From assembly GCA_937921305.1 (NCBI GenBank), contig CAKZSU010000004.1:22316-86315 (forward strand): a DNA stretch of 64,000 bases, in the 5' to 3' direction. Shown here one piece after another: positions 1 through 9,381 of this stretch. The stretch's first letter is position 1; every line of letters begins with the position of its first letter. The position numbers and the translations under genes were made by a program. The DNA comes from an uncultured Patescibacteria group bacterium (GTDB lineage: Bacteria > Patescibacteriota > Microgenomatia > UBA10105 > UBA927). Below the pieces are notes generated by a model, which saw nothing but the letters and a program-made list of their open reading frames with translations, ran no database searches and had not been told where the DNA came from.

Positions 1-570
1 CACGCTTGCAATTGCGATAGTTGGCACGGCAAGAAGAAAAGAAAATTCCACCGCGTCTTTTTTTGAGAGTCCGACAAGCATACCCGCGACAATGCTTGCG
101 GCTGATCGCGAAACGCCGGGGACAACAGCAAGCGATTGCCCGATCCCTATCATAACTGCGTCGATCGTAGAAAGCTGTTGAATTGTTTTTAATTGTTTAT
201 TCCTCTTCCATTGCTCAAGCATGATCAATATAATCCCTCCGACAATGAGCGCCGAAATTGTGAAAAGAAGATTTGTAAAAAAGATTTGTTTTATGATTTT
301 GTATAAGAAAAATCCAAGAATCCCGGATGGAATAAACGCAACGCCGATATGCTTCCACAGATGCTCGCTCTGCGTGAGCCTTTGAAAGTAAAGAAGGATA
401 ACAGCGCAGATCGCGCCAAACTGAATACATATTTCAAACGTTTTCACAAATTCTGTTTGAGGGATATTGAGGAGGTTCGCGGTGAGAAGCAAATGACCAG
501 TTGATGATATTGGCAAGAACTCCGTTATGCCCTCTACGAACGATAAAAGAATAGCTTCAAAAATCGTCAT
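1..570 (-). CDS. uppP: Undecaprenyl-diphosphatase UppP/BacA (C-terminus truncated by window start)
   Basis: Reverse-strand translation starts MTIFEAILLSFVEGITEFLPISSTGHL and later GVSRSAASIVAGM. Both are the conserved UppP signature motifs. The ORF runs off the window start. Confidence 0.85.
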   Translation of the reverse strand, partial: MTIFEAILLSFVEGITEFLPISSTGHLLLTANLLNIPQTEFVKTFEICIQFGAICAVILLYFQRLTQSEHLWKHIGVAFIPSGILGFFLYKIIKQIFFTNLLFTISALIVGGIILIMLEQWKRNKQLKTIQQLSTIDAVMIGIGQSLAVVPGVSRSAASIVAGMLVGLSKKDAVEFSFLLAVPTIAIASV

Positions 571-625
571 GAGGGCATTGTATCAAATTCTTGAGCGCTT
601 GATTGCTCTTTGATACGATTAATAC

Positions 626-1615
626 ATGAAAAGAAAACTCATTGTGTTAATCAGCGTTATTAGTCTTGGTATTGGGATTTTTTTACTTGTCCAGTTTATT
701 TTTGCGAATGCCCAAAGAGGCGAAGGAATGCTTAAGGTTACAGCGAATGTTTCCGTGCGAGTGTTGCTTGATAATAGAGATATCGGAAAAACGCCATTGG
801 AAAAAAAAATTCCGGTTGGTGAATATAGTCTTCGTCTTATTCCAGAAGGTTCGTATAGGAATTTCTCTTCATGGCAAGGAACGATTAAAGTATATAAAAA
901 TATTTTAACCTATGTAAATCGCGCATTGTCTGAAACAGAAATTACATCATCAGGAGAAATCTTATGGTTAGAAAAGATATCAAGCGCTAAAGGAGAGCTA
1001 ACTGTAATATCGACTCCAGAAGGAGCAAGAGTATTTTTAAATGAAGAATCAAAAGGCATGACGCCAGTGACCATTCCTGATCTTCCTGAAGGAGACTATT
1101 CATTGCTTGTTTCTTCTCCGGGATTTGAATCGCGAAGTATTTCTGTAAAAATTACTTCTGGATATAAATTATACGCTTCTTTTTCTCTTGCGTTATCGCC
1201 GGGTCAATTATTGTTGGATGCAAAAGAAGAAGACTCACCTTTTGCAACAGCAGGAGGATCGTTGCGTTCATCTTCTCCGGGGCCATCGCCTCGCGTTTCT
1301 CCAACGCCGACGCCGTCAAAAATTGCGCGTCCAACGTCGTCCCCAACGCCAACAAGAGCGCCATCTCCGTCGTCTACAGCGTCTCAACAGACGAGAAATG
1401 TCAGAAAAGTTGAAGTGCTCGACACGCCAACAGGATTTTTGCGGGTTCGAGAAGAACCTTCAACCTCATCGTCTGAAGTCGGACGAGCGAAACTGGGTGA
1501 TCGATTTTCCGTCTTGGATGTTCGTGATGTTGGCGGTGTGTCATGGTATAAGATCGCGTTTACGGAAACGCAGGATGGATGGATTTCCGGTCAATACGCG
1601 AAGAAAATCGAGTGA
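626..1615 (+). CDS. Membrane-anchored protein with two PEGA domains, a Pro/Ser/Thr linker and a C-terminal SH3b-like domain
   Basis: N-terminal TM helix. Two PEGA-like repeats: VRVLLDNRDIGKTPLEKKIPVGEYSLRL and TPEGARVFLNEESKGMTPVTIPDLPEGDYSLLVSSPGFESRSI. PSPT-rich linker. C-terminus GDRFSVLDVRDVGGVSWYKIAF...GWISGQY resembles bacterial SH3. Confidence 0.6.
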   Translation: MKRKLIVLISVISLGIGIFLLVQFIFANAQRGEGMLKVTANVSVRVLLDNRDIGKTPLEKKIPVGEYSLRLIPEGSYRNFSSWQGTIKVYKNILTYVNRALSETEITSSGEILWLEKISSAKGELTVISTPEGARVFLNEESKGMTPVTIPDLPEGDYSLLVSSPGFESRSISVKITSGYKLYASFSLALSPGQLLLDAKEEDSPFATAGGSLRSSSPGPSPRVSPTPTPSKIARPTSSPTPTRAPSPSSTASQQTRNVRKVEVLDTPTGFLRVREEPSTSSSEVGRAKLGDRFSVLDVRDVGGVSWYKIAFTETQDGWISGQYAKKIE

Positions 1616-1621
1616 GAAAAT

Positions 1622-2554
1622 TTATCCACCAATCCCGTAAATCACGAAAAGAAGTGTGAATCCCCAGAGACATATAGTCGCGATGAGCGGTTTATCTGAC
1701 ATTAAAATTTTTTCCGGAGACTCTCCTTTGCCTTCATAGATAAGTTGCATATAGCGCATAATGCCATACAAAACAAAAGGAATGGTAATCATCATCCACT
1801 TTCTATCGGGAAAGATCATATCAATGCCTGAGTTCCAAAAGAATCCCTTCGTAACGTGTTGAACAAGAAAAGTAAACAGCGCGTATGATAAAAATGTTGA
1901 GTTTGCAAACATTGCTGTGTATGTATCGAGCAATCGTTCGGAATAATTTGATAGAGACATGCGAGTATCTTTTGGAAGAATGCCAGAATATGACTGAATC
2001 AGCGTGAGTTCTGATCGCCGCTTTCCTACTGCTAAAAATAACGCAAGCGACAACACGGCAAGCGCAAGCCAAATTGAAATATGATATCCTGTCGCCGCTT
2101 CTCCAGCGTATACGCGAAGAAAATAAGCGGCAGTAATAGTTAAGATATCGATAACGCTGATATGTTTAAAATACAGCGAGTAGCTATATTCAAGAAGAGA
2201 GAATAGCGCAGCCATGACAAAAAACATCCTTCCGATAAGATAACTGATCGAAAGACCTGCAATCAATAAAGCTATTGACGCGATCCATCCAATCGGAATT
2301 GGGAGTCTTCCGCTTGCAATCGGGCGAAACTTTTTAAATGGGTGTTTTTTGTCTCGTTCAACATCAAGAATATCATTAAAAATATAATTCGACGAAGCTA
2401 AACAGCAAAATGCAAAAAACGCTCCGACGCTCTGAACGATTGGGAGATACTCAAAAATATGTCCGGTAAAAAGAATCGGAGAAAAAATCGCAAGGTTTTT
2501 TATCCATTGTCTTGGTCGTGCTGCTTTGAGAATTTCAATGCCCAGCGAACCCAT
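1622..2554 (-). CDS. UbiA-family polyprenyl-phosphate transferase (DPPR-synthase-like)
   Basis: ARPRQWIKN motif near the N-terminus, NDILDVERD (NDxxDxxxD) motif, polytopic membrane protein. Start chosen at the internal ATG, which is preceded by GGAGGG at 8-nt spacing; the longer ORF start at 2689 was rejected. Confidence 0.75.
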   Translation of the reverse strand: MGSLGIEILKAARPRQWIKNLAIFSPILFTGHIFEYLPIVQSVGAFFAFCCLASSNYIFNDILDVERDKKHPFKKFRPIASGRLPIPIGWIASIALLIAGLSISYLIGRMFFVMAALFSLLEYSYSLYFKHISVIDILTITAAYFLRVYAGEAATGYHISIWLALAVLSLALFLAVGKRRSELTLIQSYSGILPKDTRMSLSNYSERLLDTYTAMFANSTFLSYALFTFLVQHVTKGFFWNSGIDMIFPDRKWMMITIPFVLYGIMRYMQLIYEGKGESPEKILMSDKPLIATICLWGFTLLFVIYGIGG

Positions 2555-3546
2555 ACGAGAAACCCTCCAATAATAACAGCGACGAGGAGAAATACAAAAA
2601 GTTTCTGCGTTCGCGTCACTGTTAGGGCGATTGCACCAAGTATAGCGGAGAACAGATAGTAGCACAAGGCAATAGTCCGTTTGCTCCATCCAAGATCAAG
2701 AAGATAGTGATGAAGATGCGATCTATCAGCCCACACAGGAGATTTTCCTGCTGTTACTCTTCGTAGAAGAATATAGATTGCGTCGATCATCGGCACGCCG
2801 AGAACGAGTAGCGCTGTCCCGACTTTTGCATACGAAAGGATTCCTAAAACTCCGAGAAGGAGACCTGCAAGCGTTTTTCCTCCATAGCCGGGCATAATTT
2901 TTTGCGGATAGAAGTTCCATGGAAGAAATCCAAGAAATGCGCCCACGACTATAAACGATGCAATAGTGACAGGAAGTTGTTTGGGATCTTCGATGCTATA
3001 TCGAAGCGATAATATGCCAAGAACAAATGCAGCGATTGCGGTGATTCCCGGCAATTGTCCGTCAACGCCAGCAGACCACCCGACGATGTTCATTGTCCAA
3101 TAAATCCAGAGAAACGAAAGAAGGAAAGAATAGATGGTTTCAAGATGAATCACGGTGTCAGCAAATGGGTTTGTGAGATATGGGATGCGAATTCCGCTTG
3201 CCACAATGAGTAACGCGGCGATGGCGTTTGTGACTAATCGGATATACGGATGAATATCTTGTTTATCATCTAACACGCCGATTGCTACCAGTAAGATGGA
3301 GCTTGCAAAAATGGCAATGTATTGAGGCGAATGAGGAAGAAAAAGAAGAAAAGAAACGCCTATTCCGAATAGTAGGGAAACGCCGCCGGCTCTTGGAATA
3401 GTTCCTGTGTGAACTTGTGCAGGGTGGAATCGCGTTATTTTATCATCGACAAGACGGAAGGTTTTTGCGAATTGTATCACGTATGGCGTCGCAAAGAACG
3501 AAAGAATGAAAGCAACAAAAGAAGGAATAGCAATATCGAGCATCAT
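2500..3546 (-). CDS. Glycosyltransferase family 4 polyprenyl-phosphate sugar-1-phosphate transferase (WecA/MraY-like)
   Basis: GVLDDKQD aspartate-rich motif, DRSHLHHYLLD (HxHH) motif, about 10 TM helices. Start placed at MM-LDIAIPSF so the protein begins with a TM helix as in WecA; this removes the 46-nt overlap with the upstream ORF. Confidence 0.8.
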   Translation of the reverse strand: MMLDIAIPSFVAFILSFFATPYVIQFAKTFRLVDDKITRFHPAQVHTGTIPRAGGVSLLFGIGVSFLLFLPHSPQYIAIFASSILLVAIGVLDDKQDIHPYIRLVTNAIAALLIVASGIRIPYLTNPFADTVIHLETIYSFLLSFLWIYWTMNIVGWSAGVDGQLPGITAIAAFVLGILSLRYSIEDPKQLPVTIASFIVVGAFLGFLPWNFYPQKIMPGYGGKTLAGLLLGVLGILSYAKVGTALLVLGVPMIDAIYILLRRVTAGKSPVWADRSHLHHYLLDLGWSKRTIALCYYLFSAILGAIALTVTRTQKLFVFLLVAVIIGGFLVWVRWALKFSKQHDQDNG

Positions 3547-3938
3547 AATACCACCATGATGATCATAATCGTGGCGTAGGTTGCCCATATGCTGACAATC
3601 GCAGAGAACAAAAGAAGCAGTTGCGAAAAGATTCTATAGAGGTATATTTGTGAAGAAATAAAAAAAAGCGTTATTATAAACCATATCAGTGTTCCAATTG
3701 GAAGAATGAACAAAGATAGCGGATGAGCAAGCTGTTCTTCTCCCCATGGTTTTGAGTAATACAGTGGAATTTCTGGAGGAAGGTTTGATAGATTGAGAGA
3801 AATAATGACCATGCTTATCAAAGAAAGCGCAATAGGCAGAATAAGGATGAATGTAAATATAGGTTTTGAAACAAGCGATACTATGCGTTTCTTCCGTTGA
3901 TTGATGTCTAGAAAACGCATCATAGGTTGGTAATGCAT
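3543..3938 (-). CDS. Small polytopic membrane protein, unknown function
   Basis: 131-aa ORF with 3-4 hydrophobic helices, sitting between two glycosyltransferase genes on the same strand. Confidence 0.35.
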   Translation of the reverse strand: MHYQPMMRFLDINQRKKRIVSLVSKPIFTFILILPIALSLISMVIISLNLSNLPPEIPLYYSKPWGEEQLAHPLSLFILPIGTLIWFIITLFFISSQIYLYRIFSQLLLLFSAIVSIWATYATIMIIMVVL

Positions 3939-3948
3939 ATGGATAGCG

Positions 3949-5271
3949 TTATGGGGTAGCAGTTTTATATGAGATTGTTATGGAACGATTGGGATAAATC
4001 ATGATTGCTCGATTCGGATATTCTGGAAGATCGTACGCCATTTGAGATTCTAAAAACGCGGCTTCTCCCACATACCACGGAAACGGATTTCCTTCTGGAT
4101 TATAAAGGAAAACTCTTTCTCTATCTTTTGCGTAATAAGCTGTTTCAAAAAAAATTAATGGAGATGTCGCGTATATCACATCGTTATCATCTTGAATTAT
4201 CGTTGCCTCTTTCACGACGCTTCGTATATCAAGTTTTGCTTTTGCTTGAGGAAAATATATATTTATTGCAACAAAGAAGAGAAAAACTATTCCAGTAACG
4301 ATTGTTTGCGTTTGATGATGTTTGATCGCTCGAATTGCAAACCCAATTAGCATGATTTGTGCAATTGTTACATAAATAAGATATCGATGGACAAACATAG
4401 GTTTTATAAATGAAACGCCAAGAACGACAACTAATGGAACAATGATACTAAGTATGACATACAGAATTTCTGAGCGATGATGAATGTTTTTCAAAGCGAG
4501 CATAATCATAAAGAGGAAAAAGAGAGAAAGTATTGTGGTAAGTGTCCATAATCCTCCTGGCGTGCCATCATATCCAATGAGCATGTTCCCCAATGATGAT
4601 AAGACTGTCTGAAGATCAACCGGATAGTACCATGTGTCTCGAAGTTTTCCAACGTGTTGAGAAACATGGAGTATCCATGGAAGCATGCTTATTCCTGTAA
4701 AAAAAAGAGAGCGAACATAGTTGTTTGAGACGAGACGACGCCAGTGGAAAAGTGTGTTTATTTTTTTATGGGTAAGCACGTAGTGCAATAATTGGGTTGT
4801 TGGAATAAATACTGTGTATGCATGGGTATAGAAGGCAAGAATATTCGCGAGGCTTGTGAGTATATACTTCTTTTGTCCATATGCGTACAGGGAGATTGCA
4901 GAAAATGCCATTATCCACCCATACGCTCGCGCTTCAAACGCATAGTAAAGAAGCATGGGATTTAAAAAAAAGAGAAGCGGAATTGCCCATGATAACCAAT
5001 GTTTTCCGAATCGTTTTTCTGACCAAAGCGTAATAATATATGTTGCGATAAAAAATCCGAGAAGTGAAAGCGATCGTATTGCGATTTCACTTGTTCCAAA
5101 TATCTTCATCCATATATGCAATAAGATATAGTAAAGCGGTGGTTCAAATCCCAACGATCCGACAAAAGAAGATAGTGGTCGTTCCGCGATAAGAACGGAA
5201 AACGCTTCGTCCCGCCATAAGCTTTGCGTAAGATAAAAAATAGGAGTATTAAATAAAATCCAATCAAACAT
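3949..5271 (-). CDS. GT-C fold glycosyltransferase (ArnT/PMT-like, GT39/GT83)
   Basis: N-terminal loop WRDEAFSVL (DE motif) and EPPLYY (KPPL-like motif) typical of ArnT/PMT_2. Multi-TM N-terminal half and a soluble C-terminal domain. Confidence 0.7.
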   Translation of the reverse strand: MFDWILFNTPIFYLTQSLWRDEAFSVLIAERPLSSFVGSLGFEPPLYYILLHIWMKIFGTSEIAIRSLSLLGFFIATYIITLWSEKRFGKHWLSWAIPLLFFLNPMLLYYAFEARAYGWIMAFSAISLYAYGQKKYILTSLANILAFYTHAYTVFIPTTQLLHYVLTHKKINTLFHWRRLVSNNYVRSLFFTGISMLPWILHVSQHVGKLRDTWYYPVDLQTVLSSLGNMLIGYDGTPGGLWTLTTILSLFFLFMIMLALKNIHHRSEILYVILSIIVPLVVVLGVSFIKPMFVHRYLIYVTIAQIMLIGFAIRAIKHHQTQTIVTGIVFLFFVAINIYFPQAKAKLDIRSVVKEATIIQDDNDVIYATSPLIFFETAYYAKDRERVFLYNPEGNPFPWYVGEAAFLESQMAYDLPEYPNRAIMIYPNRSITISYKTATP

Positions 5272-5283
5272 ACGCTATTTGTA

Positions 5284-6768
5284 TTATACTTTTTCTGTAA
5301 CGCGATATTCTAGTTTCTTTCCTAAAAGAAGTCGCGTATGCGCGTCTAAGCCGGGAAGAGCGGAGAGAAAGAACGCGATAACAGGGAGCGTAAACCATTG
5401 AAGATAGAGAAAAGGCAATGTCCAGTTTTTCACATACTCTGGTTTTGGCGATTTTAGTTTCCAATCGATATAAAACACCACAAGAAGCACAATCGTTGAC
5501 AGTGTAAGAATTGTAGAAGAAATCTGTGCAAGTTGGAATCCAAAGGTTGTGCGACCAAACGCCGGGTTAATTAACGGCGGAATATATCCGCCGATTGTGA
5601 GCAAAAACCAATTCGTTGGCCACAGGATGTGATGTTCTAATAAAAGCATGAGTCTTCTCAATCGATTCCAGAAGGGAATATGTCGATGAGTAAGAACGCC
5701 ATGAATGACATACGGGATATCGGAAACTCCCCATGCCCATCGCTTTGATTGTTCATACTGATTGATGAATGTTTTGAAAAATCCTTTGCTTTCCGCCGCG
5801 TCTACAAGAACAGGAAGGAAGATTGGCACTGTTTGAACATCTTTGCCTTTCGCAAAAAACACTTTAAAAAACATATGATAATCTTCAGGAATGATGTCTG
5901 GACTCCAAAAATCTACATCTTTCGCTGTTTGCAACATAAGAGAATAGGTTGAAAAATTGATGAGTCGTCTTGGTTGAGAGAGTGCGGCAAGATTCCAAAT
6001 GCTATTTAAGGTATTCATGAATCTATTCGGCAGAGGAATGCGCCAGATGTTTGAATAGAAAAGAATTGCTCCCTGATAAAAGTGAAATTTTCGTTGAGGG
6101 TCTGTTAGAACATGTTCTGTTAAACAGGAAAGATACAATGGATGAAGAAGCGCGTCAGCGTCGCATGAAGTAATCGTCATGTATTCAATTGGCATGTTTT
6201 GTTTTTGTGCATAGTCATAGGCAAGCCGCGCCGCATGCGCCATATTTGATGATTTTCCAGCTATTTCTCCCGGTTGAAGATTATGTTTCGTAACAAGGAA
6301 ATGTTGAAAGATTTGAGAAAATTCTTTTTTTAGGATCTTTCCTGTTTTGTTGGAGTCTGGGTCTTTTTCTTCTGTTGCGATTACAAGAATGATGCGTTCT
6401 TTTGGAAAATCAGTTTTTGCTAGATTTTCTATTGTTCTTTTTAAAATGTGTATCGGTTCTTTATATTCAGGAATAATGATTACATGATGGACGTTGGAAA
6501 AATTTGGATGATGACGGATTCGCTCAAGCCAATTGACGCGAATATGCGCTTGAAGCGTAAGAAATGATTTAATTGCTGAAATAGCAAGGGAAAAAGATTT
6601 ATAAAACCAATACACCGTGAAGGTAATGAGAATATACCCAACCACTTCTGGATTGATAAATGAAAGCCAAAAGGGGAGTGTAATAAGCATCCAAGACACG
6701 CTTGGTATGGCTATTTCAAAAAAACGCTGTGTTGTTTTGGGATATCGTTGAATAAATGATGCAAACAT
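5284..6768 (-). CDS. Membrane glycosyltransferase family 2 (processive, QxxRW-type)
   Basis: SCDADALL (DxD) and EQSKRWAWG (QxxRW) motifs, with flanking TM helices as in cellulose/chitin-synthase-like GT2 enzymes. Confidence 0.7.
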   Translation of the reverse strand: MFASFIQRYPKTTQRFFEIAIPSVSWMLITLPFWLSFINPEVVGYILITFTVYWFYKSFSLAISAIKSFLTLQAHIRVNWLERIRHHPNFSNVHHVIIIPEYKEPIHILKRTIENLAKTDFPKERIILVIATEEKDPDSNKTGKILKKEFSQIFQHFLVTKHNLQPGEIAGKSSNMAHAARLAYDYAQKQNMPIEYMTITSCDADALLHPLYLSCLTEHVLTDPQRKFHFYQGAILFYSNIWRIPLPNRFMNTLNSIWNLAALSQPRRLINFSTYSLMLQTAKDVDFWSPDIIPEDYHMFFKVFFAKGKDVQTVPIFLPVLVDAAESKGFFKTFINQYEQSKRWAWGVSDIPYVIHGVLTHRHIPFWNRLRRLMLLLEHHILWPTNWFLLTIGGYIPPLINPAFGRTTFGFQLAQISSTILTLSTIVLLVVFYIDWKLKSPKPEYVKNWTLPFLYLQWFTLPVIAFFLSALPGLDAHTRLLLGKKLEYRVTEKV

Positions 6769-6788
6769 AGGATAGAGAGACGTTTTAG

Positions 6789-7568
6789 TTACGACGATAG
6801 ATCAAGACCATGAAAAAGCGTTCGCGCATTTTTTGTTGTTTTATTTGCCACCATTTCTTGAGGAATATTTTTTTGTATTGCCACAGTTTTCGCGACAAGA
6901 GGGAGATATTTTGGTTCGTTTCTTTTGCCTCGATGTGGTTCCGGGGCAAGGTATGGCGCGTCTGTTTCGAGCAAGAGCATCGAGAGAGGAATTAACGAGG
7001 CCATGAATTGAAGTTTTTTCGAAAAAGTAACATTTCCATCAAGGCCTACATAAAAATTTCTCGCGCTCGCCATACGAAGCTCTTGTGGTCCTCCCGAGAA
7101 ACAGTGAAGAACTCCTTTAGGCATTGACGGTTGACTGTCTAAGACAGAGAATAGATCGTCAAATGCGTCTCTGCAATGAATAATCATCGGAAGGTTATAG
7201 CGAAGAGCAAGTTTGCAGTGTTCATCGAACAATCGTATTTGGTTAGTTTTTTTGCTTTTCGCGTCTTCTCCTTTGTATTGATGATAATCAAGACCGCATT
7301 CTCCAATTGCTGCAACAGACGAATCGATTAGTTGTTCTAATACATGAGCATCAGGAAGCGTCTGCGCTTCGTATGGATGAAATCCAATTGCGGCATACAC
7401 AAAGCCGATATATTGTTTTGCGAATGACACGGATTGTTCCGATGAATATCGATCAACGCCTGGAACGATGCAGCATTTCACGCCGGCTTTTTTCGCGTTT
7501 CCAATAACAGCAGATCGATCAGGATCAAAATCTGGAAAAGTGAGGTGACAATGTGTATCGATATACAT
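6789..7568 (-). CDS. tatD: TatD-family metal-dependent hydrolase/DNase
   Basis: Begins MYIDTHCHLTFPDFD, the TatD HxH motif. Length 259 aa; conserved ECGLDYH and ETDAPYL motifs. Confidence 0.85.
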   Translation of the reverse strand: MYIDTHCHLTFPDFDPDRSAVIGNAKKAGVKCCIVPGVDRYSSEQSVSFAKQYIGFVYAAIGFHPYEAQTLPDAHVLEQLIDSSVAAIGECGLDYHQYKGEDAKSKKTNQIRLFDEHCKLALRYNLPMIIHCRDAFDDLFSVLDSQPSMPKGVLHCFSGGPQELRMASARNFYVGLDGNVTFSKKLQFMASLIPLSMLLLETDAPYLAPEPHRGKRNEPKYLPLVAKTVAIQKNIPQEMVANKTTKNARTLFHGLDLSS

Positions 7569-7609
7569 TTTCTCGCTATTATCCTATCACAAGATAGTTT
7601 GCTTGTTGA

Positions 7610-9034
7610 TTAGCGAAGTCTTGGAAATAATATACCTGATCGAACGATGCTCGGCGATGCAAATTGTCGTTGTATTATTGTTGCTGTATTTGGAAAAAAC
7701 GGTTCAAGGAGTTTGCTAATCTCTTGAATTGATTGAATGACGGGAACAAGAATCTTTTGTCGTTCCTGTCCGTGTTTATTCCACGGTGATTCGTGGTTGA
7801 TATAACTATTTTGTTCTTTAATGATGCTCCAAATATAGGAAAGTGCCTCATGAAATCGAAATGCGTTCATCGCTGTAAAAAATGGTTCGTGTGTATGATT
7901 GTTCATGGTGGTTACTGGTTCAAATGTTAATCCTTCAGCAAGCGTCGCTGTTCGAGATATAAGATTTCCAAGTTCGTTTGCAAGATCGGCGTTGTATAGT
8001 TCTTTTAGTCTGGTTTCCGAAAAATTGCCGTCAGAATATGCGGGAATTTCGCGGAGAAAATAGTAGCGGAGTGGATCGACGCCATATCGCGCGATGAGAT
8101 CAAATGGGTCAATGATATTGCCAAGCGTTTTCGACATTTTTTGACCATTGACGGTAAAGTATCCATGAATAAAAATTGCTTTTGGCAATGGTAAATTTGC
8201 TGATAACAAAAACGCCGGCCAATAGATTGCGTGGAATTTCGATATGCCTTTGCCGATCACATGCACATCGGCTGGCCACCAGGTATTATACATTTCATCA
8301 TTCCATCCAAATCCAATACCGCTTTGGTACACATTGAGCGCGTCAAACCAGACATACATTCGTTGCGTTGGATCTCCCGGAACGGGAATTCCCCAGTGTT
8401 TCGCGCGAGCGTTGGAACGGGAGATGCTGATATCGGTAAGTCCTTTTTCAAGAAAGTGCATGATTTCATGTTTTCTTGATTCAGGAATGATCCGTATTTC
8501 GTTTGACTCCAAACGTCGCACAATCTCTTTTTGATATCTTGACAATCGGAAGAAGTAATTTTCTTCTTTTATGTGGTGCAATGGTTTTCCCGGGTGTTCC
8601 GGGCACTCCCCTGTTTCAGTAAGTTCATCGTTTGTGTAAAATGCTTCACAGCCCACGCAGTACAATCCTTCATATACCGATTTGTAAATATCTCCTTGTT
8701 CAGCGCATAAATTCCACAGTTTTTGCGAGGAAGGATAGTGATGTACACGATCAGAGCTTTTCTGCCATACAGTGAATAAGCAATTAAGCTCTTGCGTGAG
8801 TTTGTAAAATGCGTTTGTGTTTTCATCAATAAACGTTTGAATCGGTTTTCCCGCGGCTTCTGCGGCTTGGACATTTTTTATCGCGTTTTCGTCCCCGCCA
8901 GAAAGAAGACAAACATCGTTTCCAAGCATTCTTTGATACCGCGCAATCGTGTCTCCTTGAACAAATTCCAGCGCGTGGCCTATGTGCGGTTTTGCGTTGA
9001 CATATGGAATAGCTGTCGTTACATAATAGTTCAT
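7610..9034 (-). CDS. metG: Methionyl-tRNA synthetase (short form, no C-terminal tRNA-binding extension)
   Basis: PYVNAKPHIGHA (HIGH) and KMSKTLGN (KMSKS) motifs. 474 aa. Confidence 0.9.
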   Translation of the reverse strand: MNYYVTTAIPYVNAKPHIGHALEFVQGDTIARYQRMLGNDVCLLSGGDENAIKNVQAAEAAGKPIQTFIDENTNAFYKLTQELNCLFTVWQKSSDRVHHYPSSQKLWNLCAEQGDIYKSVYEGLYCVGCEAFYTNDELTETGECPEHPGKPLHHIKEENYFFRLSRYQKEIVRRLESNEIRIIPESRKHEIMHFLEKGLTDISISRSNARAKHWGIPVPGDPTQRMYVWFDALNVYQSGIGFGWNDEMYNTWWPADVHVIGKGISKFHAIYWPAFLLSANLPLPKAIFIHGYFTVNGQKMSKTLGNIIDPFDLIARYGVDPLRYYFLREIPAYSDGNFSETRLKELYNADLANELGNLISRTATLAEGLTFEPVTTMNNHTHEPFFTAMNAFRFHEALSYIWSIIKEQNSYINHESPWNKHGQERQKILVPVIQSIQEISKLLEPFFPNTATIIQRQFASPSIVRSGILFPRLR

Positions 9035-9043
9035 CGGTTTATT

Positions 9044-9367
9044 TTACTTATTTTTTAACGCAACCTCAATCAGACTGATGATTGCAAGAAGTAAAAAGAG
9101 ATATATTAGGTCGCGAAGGTTTGCCGCTTGAAGCAATAATGCTATTCCTACCCCGCTGCTCCACAAGATACCACGTCGCACATTGTTTGTAATTGCGCAA
9201 AGAAGTAGACATATTGTAATTGATAGTATTCCGATACCAATGACTATAACGCTCCACCCTTTTGGGGGGATTGTGTAAAAAAACCAACTGGCGAATGATA
9301 GTCCAGTGATTCCTCCGAGTAGAAATATCGTTCGGCGTCTGGAAGGATGGAATCGTATTCTGTTCAT
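9044..9367 (-). CDS. Small membrane protein, unknown function
   Basis: 3-4 TM helices. Start moved to MNRIRFHP to avoid a 34-nt overlap with the divergent rmuC start. Confidence 0.35.
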   Translation of the reverse strand: MNRIRFHPSRRRTIFLLGGITGLSFASWFFYTIPPKGWSVIVIGIGILSITICLLLCAITNNVRRGILWSSGVGIALLLQAANLRDLIYLFLLLAIISLIEVALKNK

Positions 9368-9381
9368 GGTATAGTACGGAT

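Noticed and set aside
1203-1400. Pro/Ser/Thr-rich repetitive stretches in the PEGA protein and in the two surface proteins (for example 24300-24500)
   Set aside because: These are low-complexity inter-domain linkers within ORFs. They are not DNA-level tandem repeats or mobile-element signatures.
1188-1640. 150-aa Arg/Gln-rich ORF and other 60-150-aa ORFs lying inside or antisense to well-supported genes (for example inside the PEGA, rpoB, rpoC, dnaK, pnp and ftsK genes)
   Set aside because: They overlap genes with strong homology signatures, have biased low-complexity composition, and are typical spurious frames in AT-rich DNA.
1622-2689. Full 355-aa ORF as the UbiA gene
   Set aside because: The N-terminal 45 codons overlap the upstream GT4 gene by 190 nt. 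The internal ATG at 2554 has a GGAGGG SD, and the conserved RPRQWIKN motif begins right after it.
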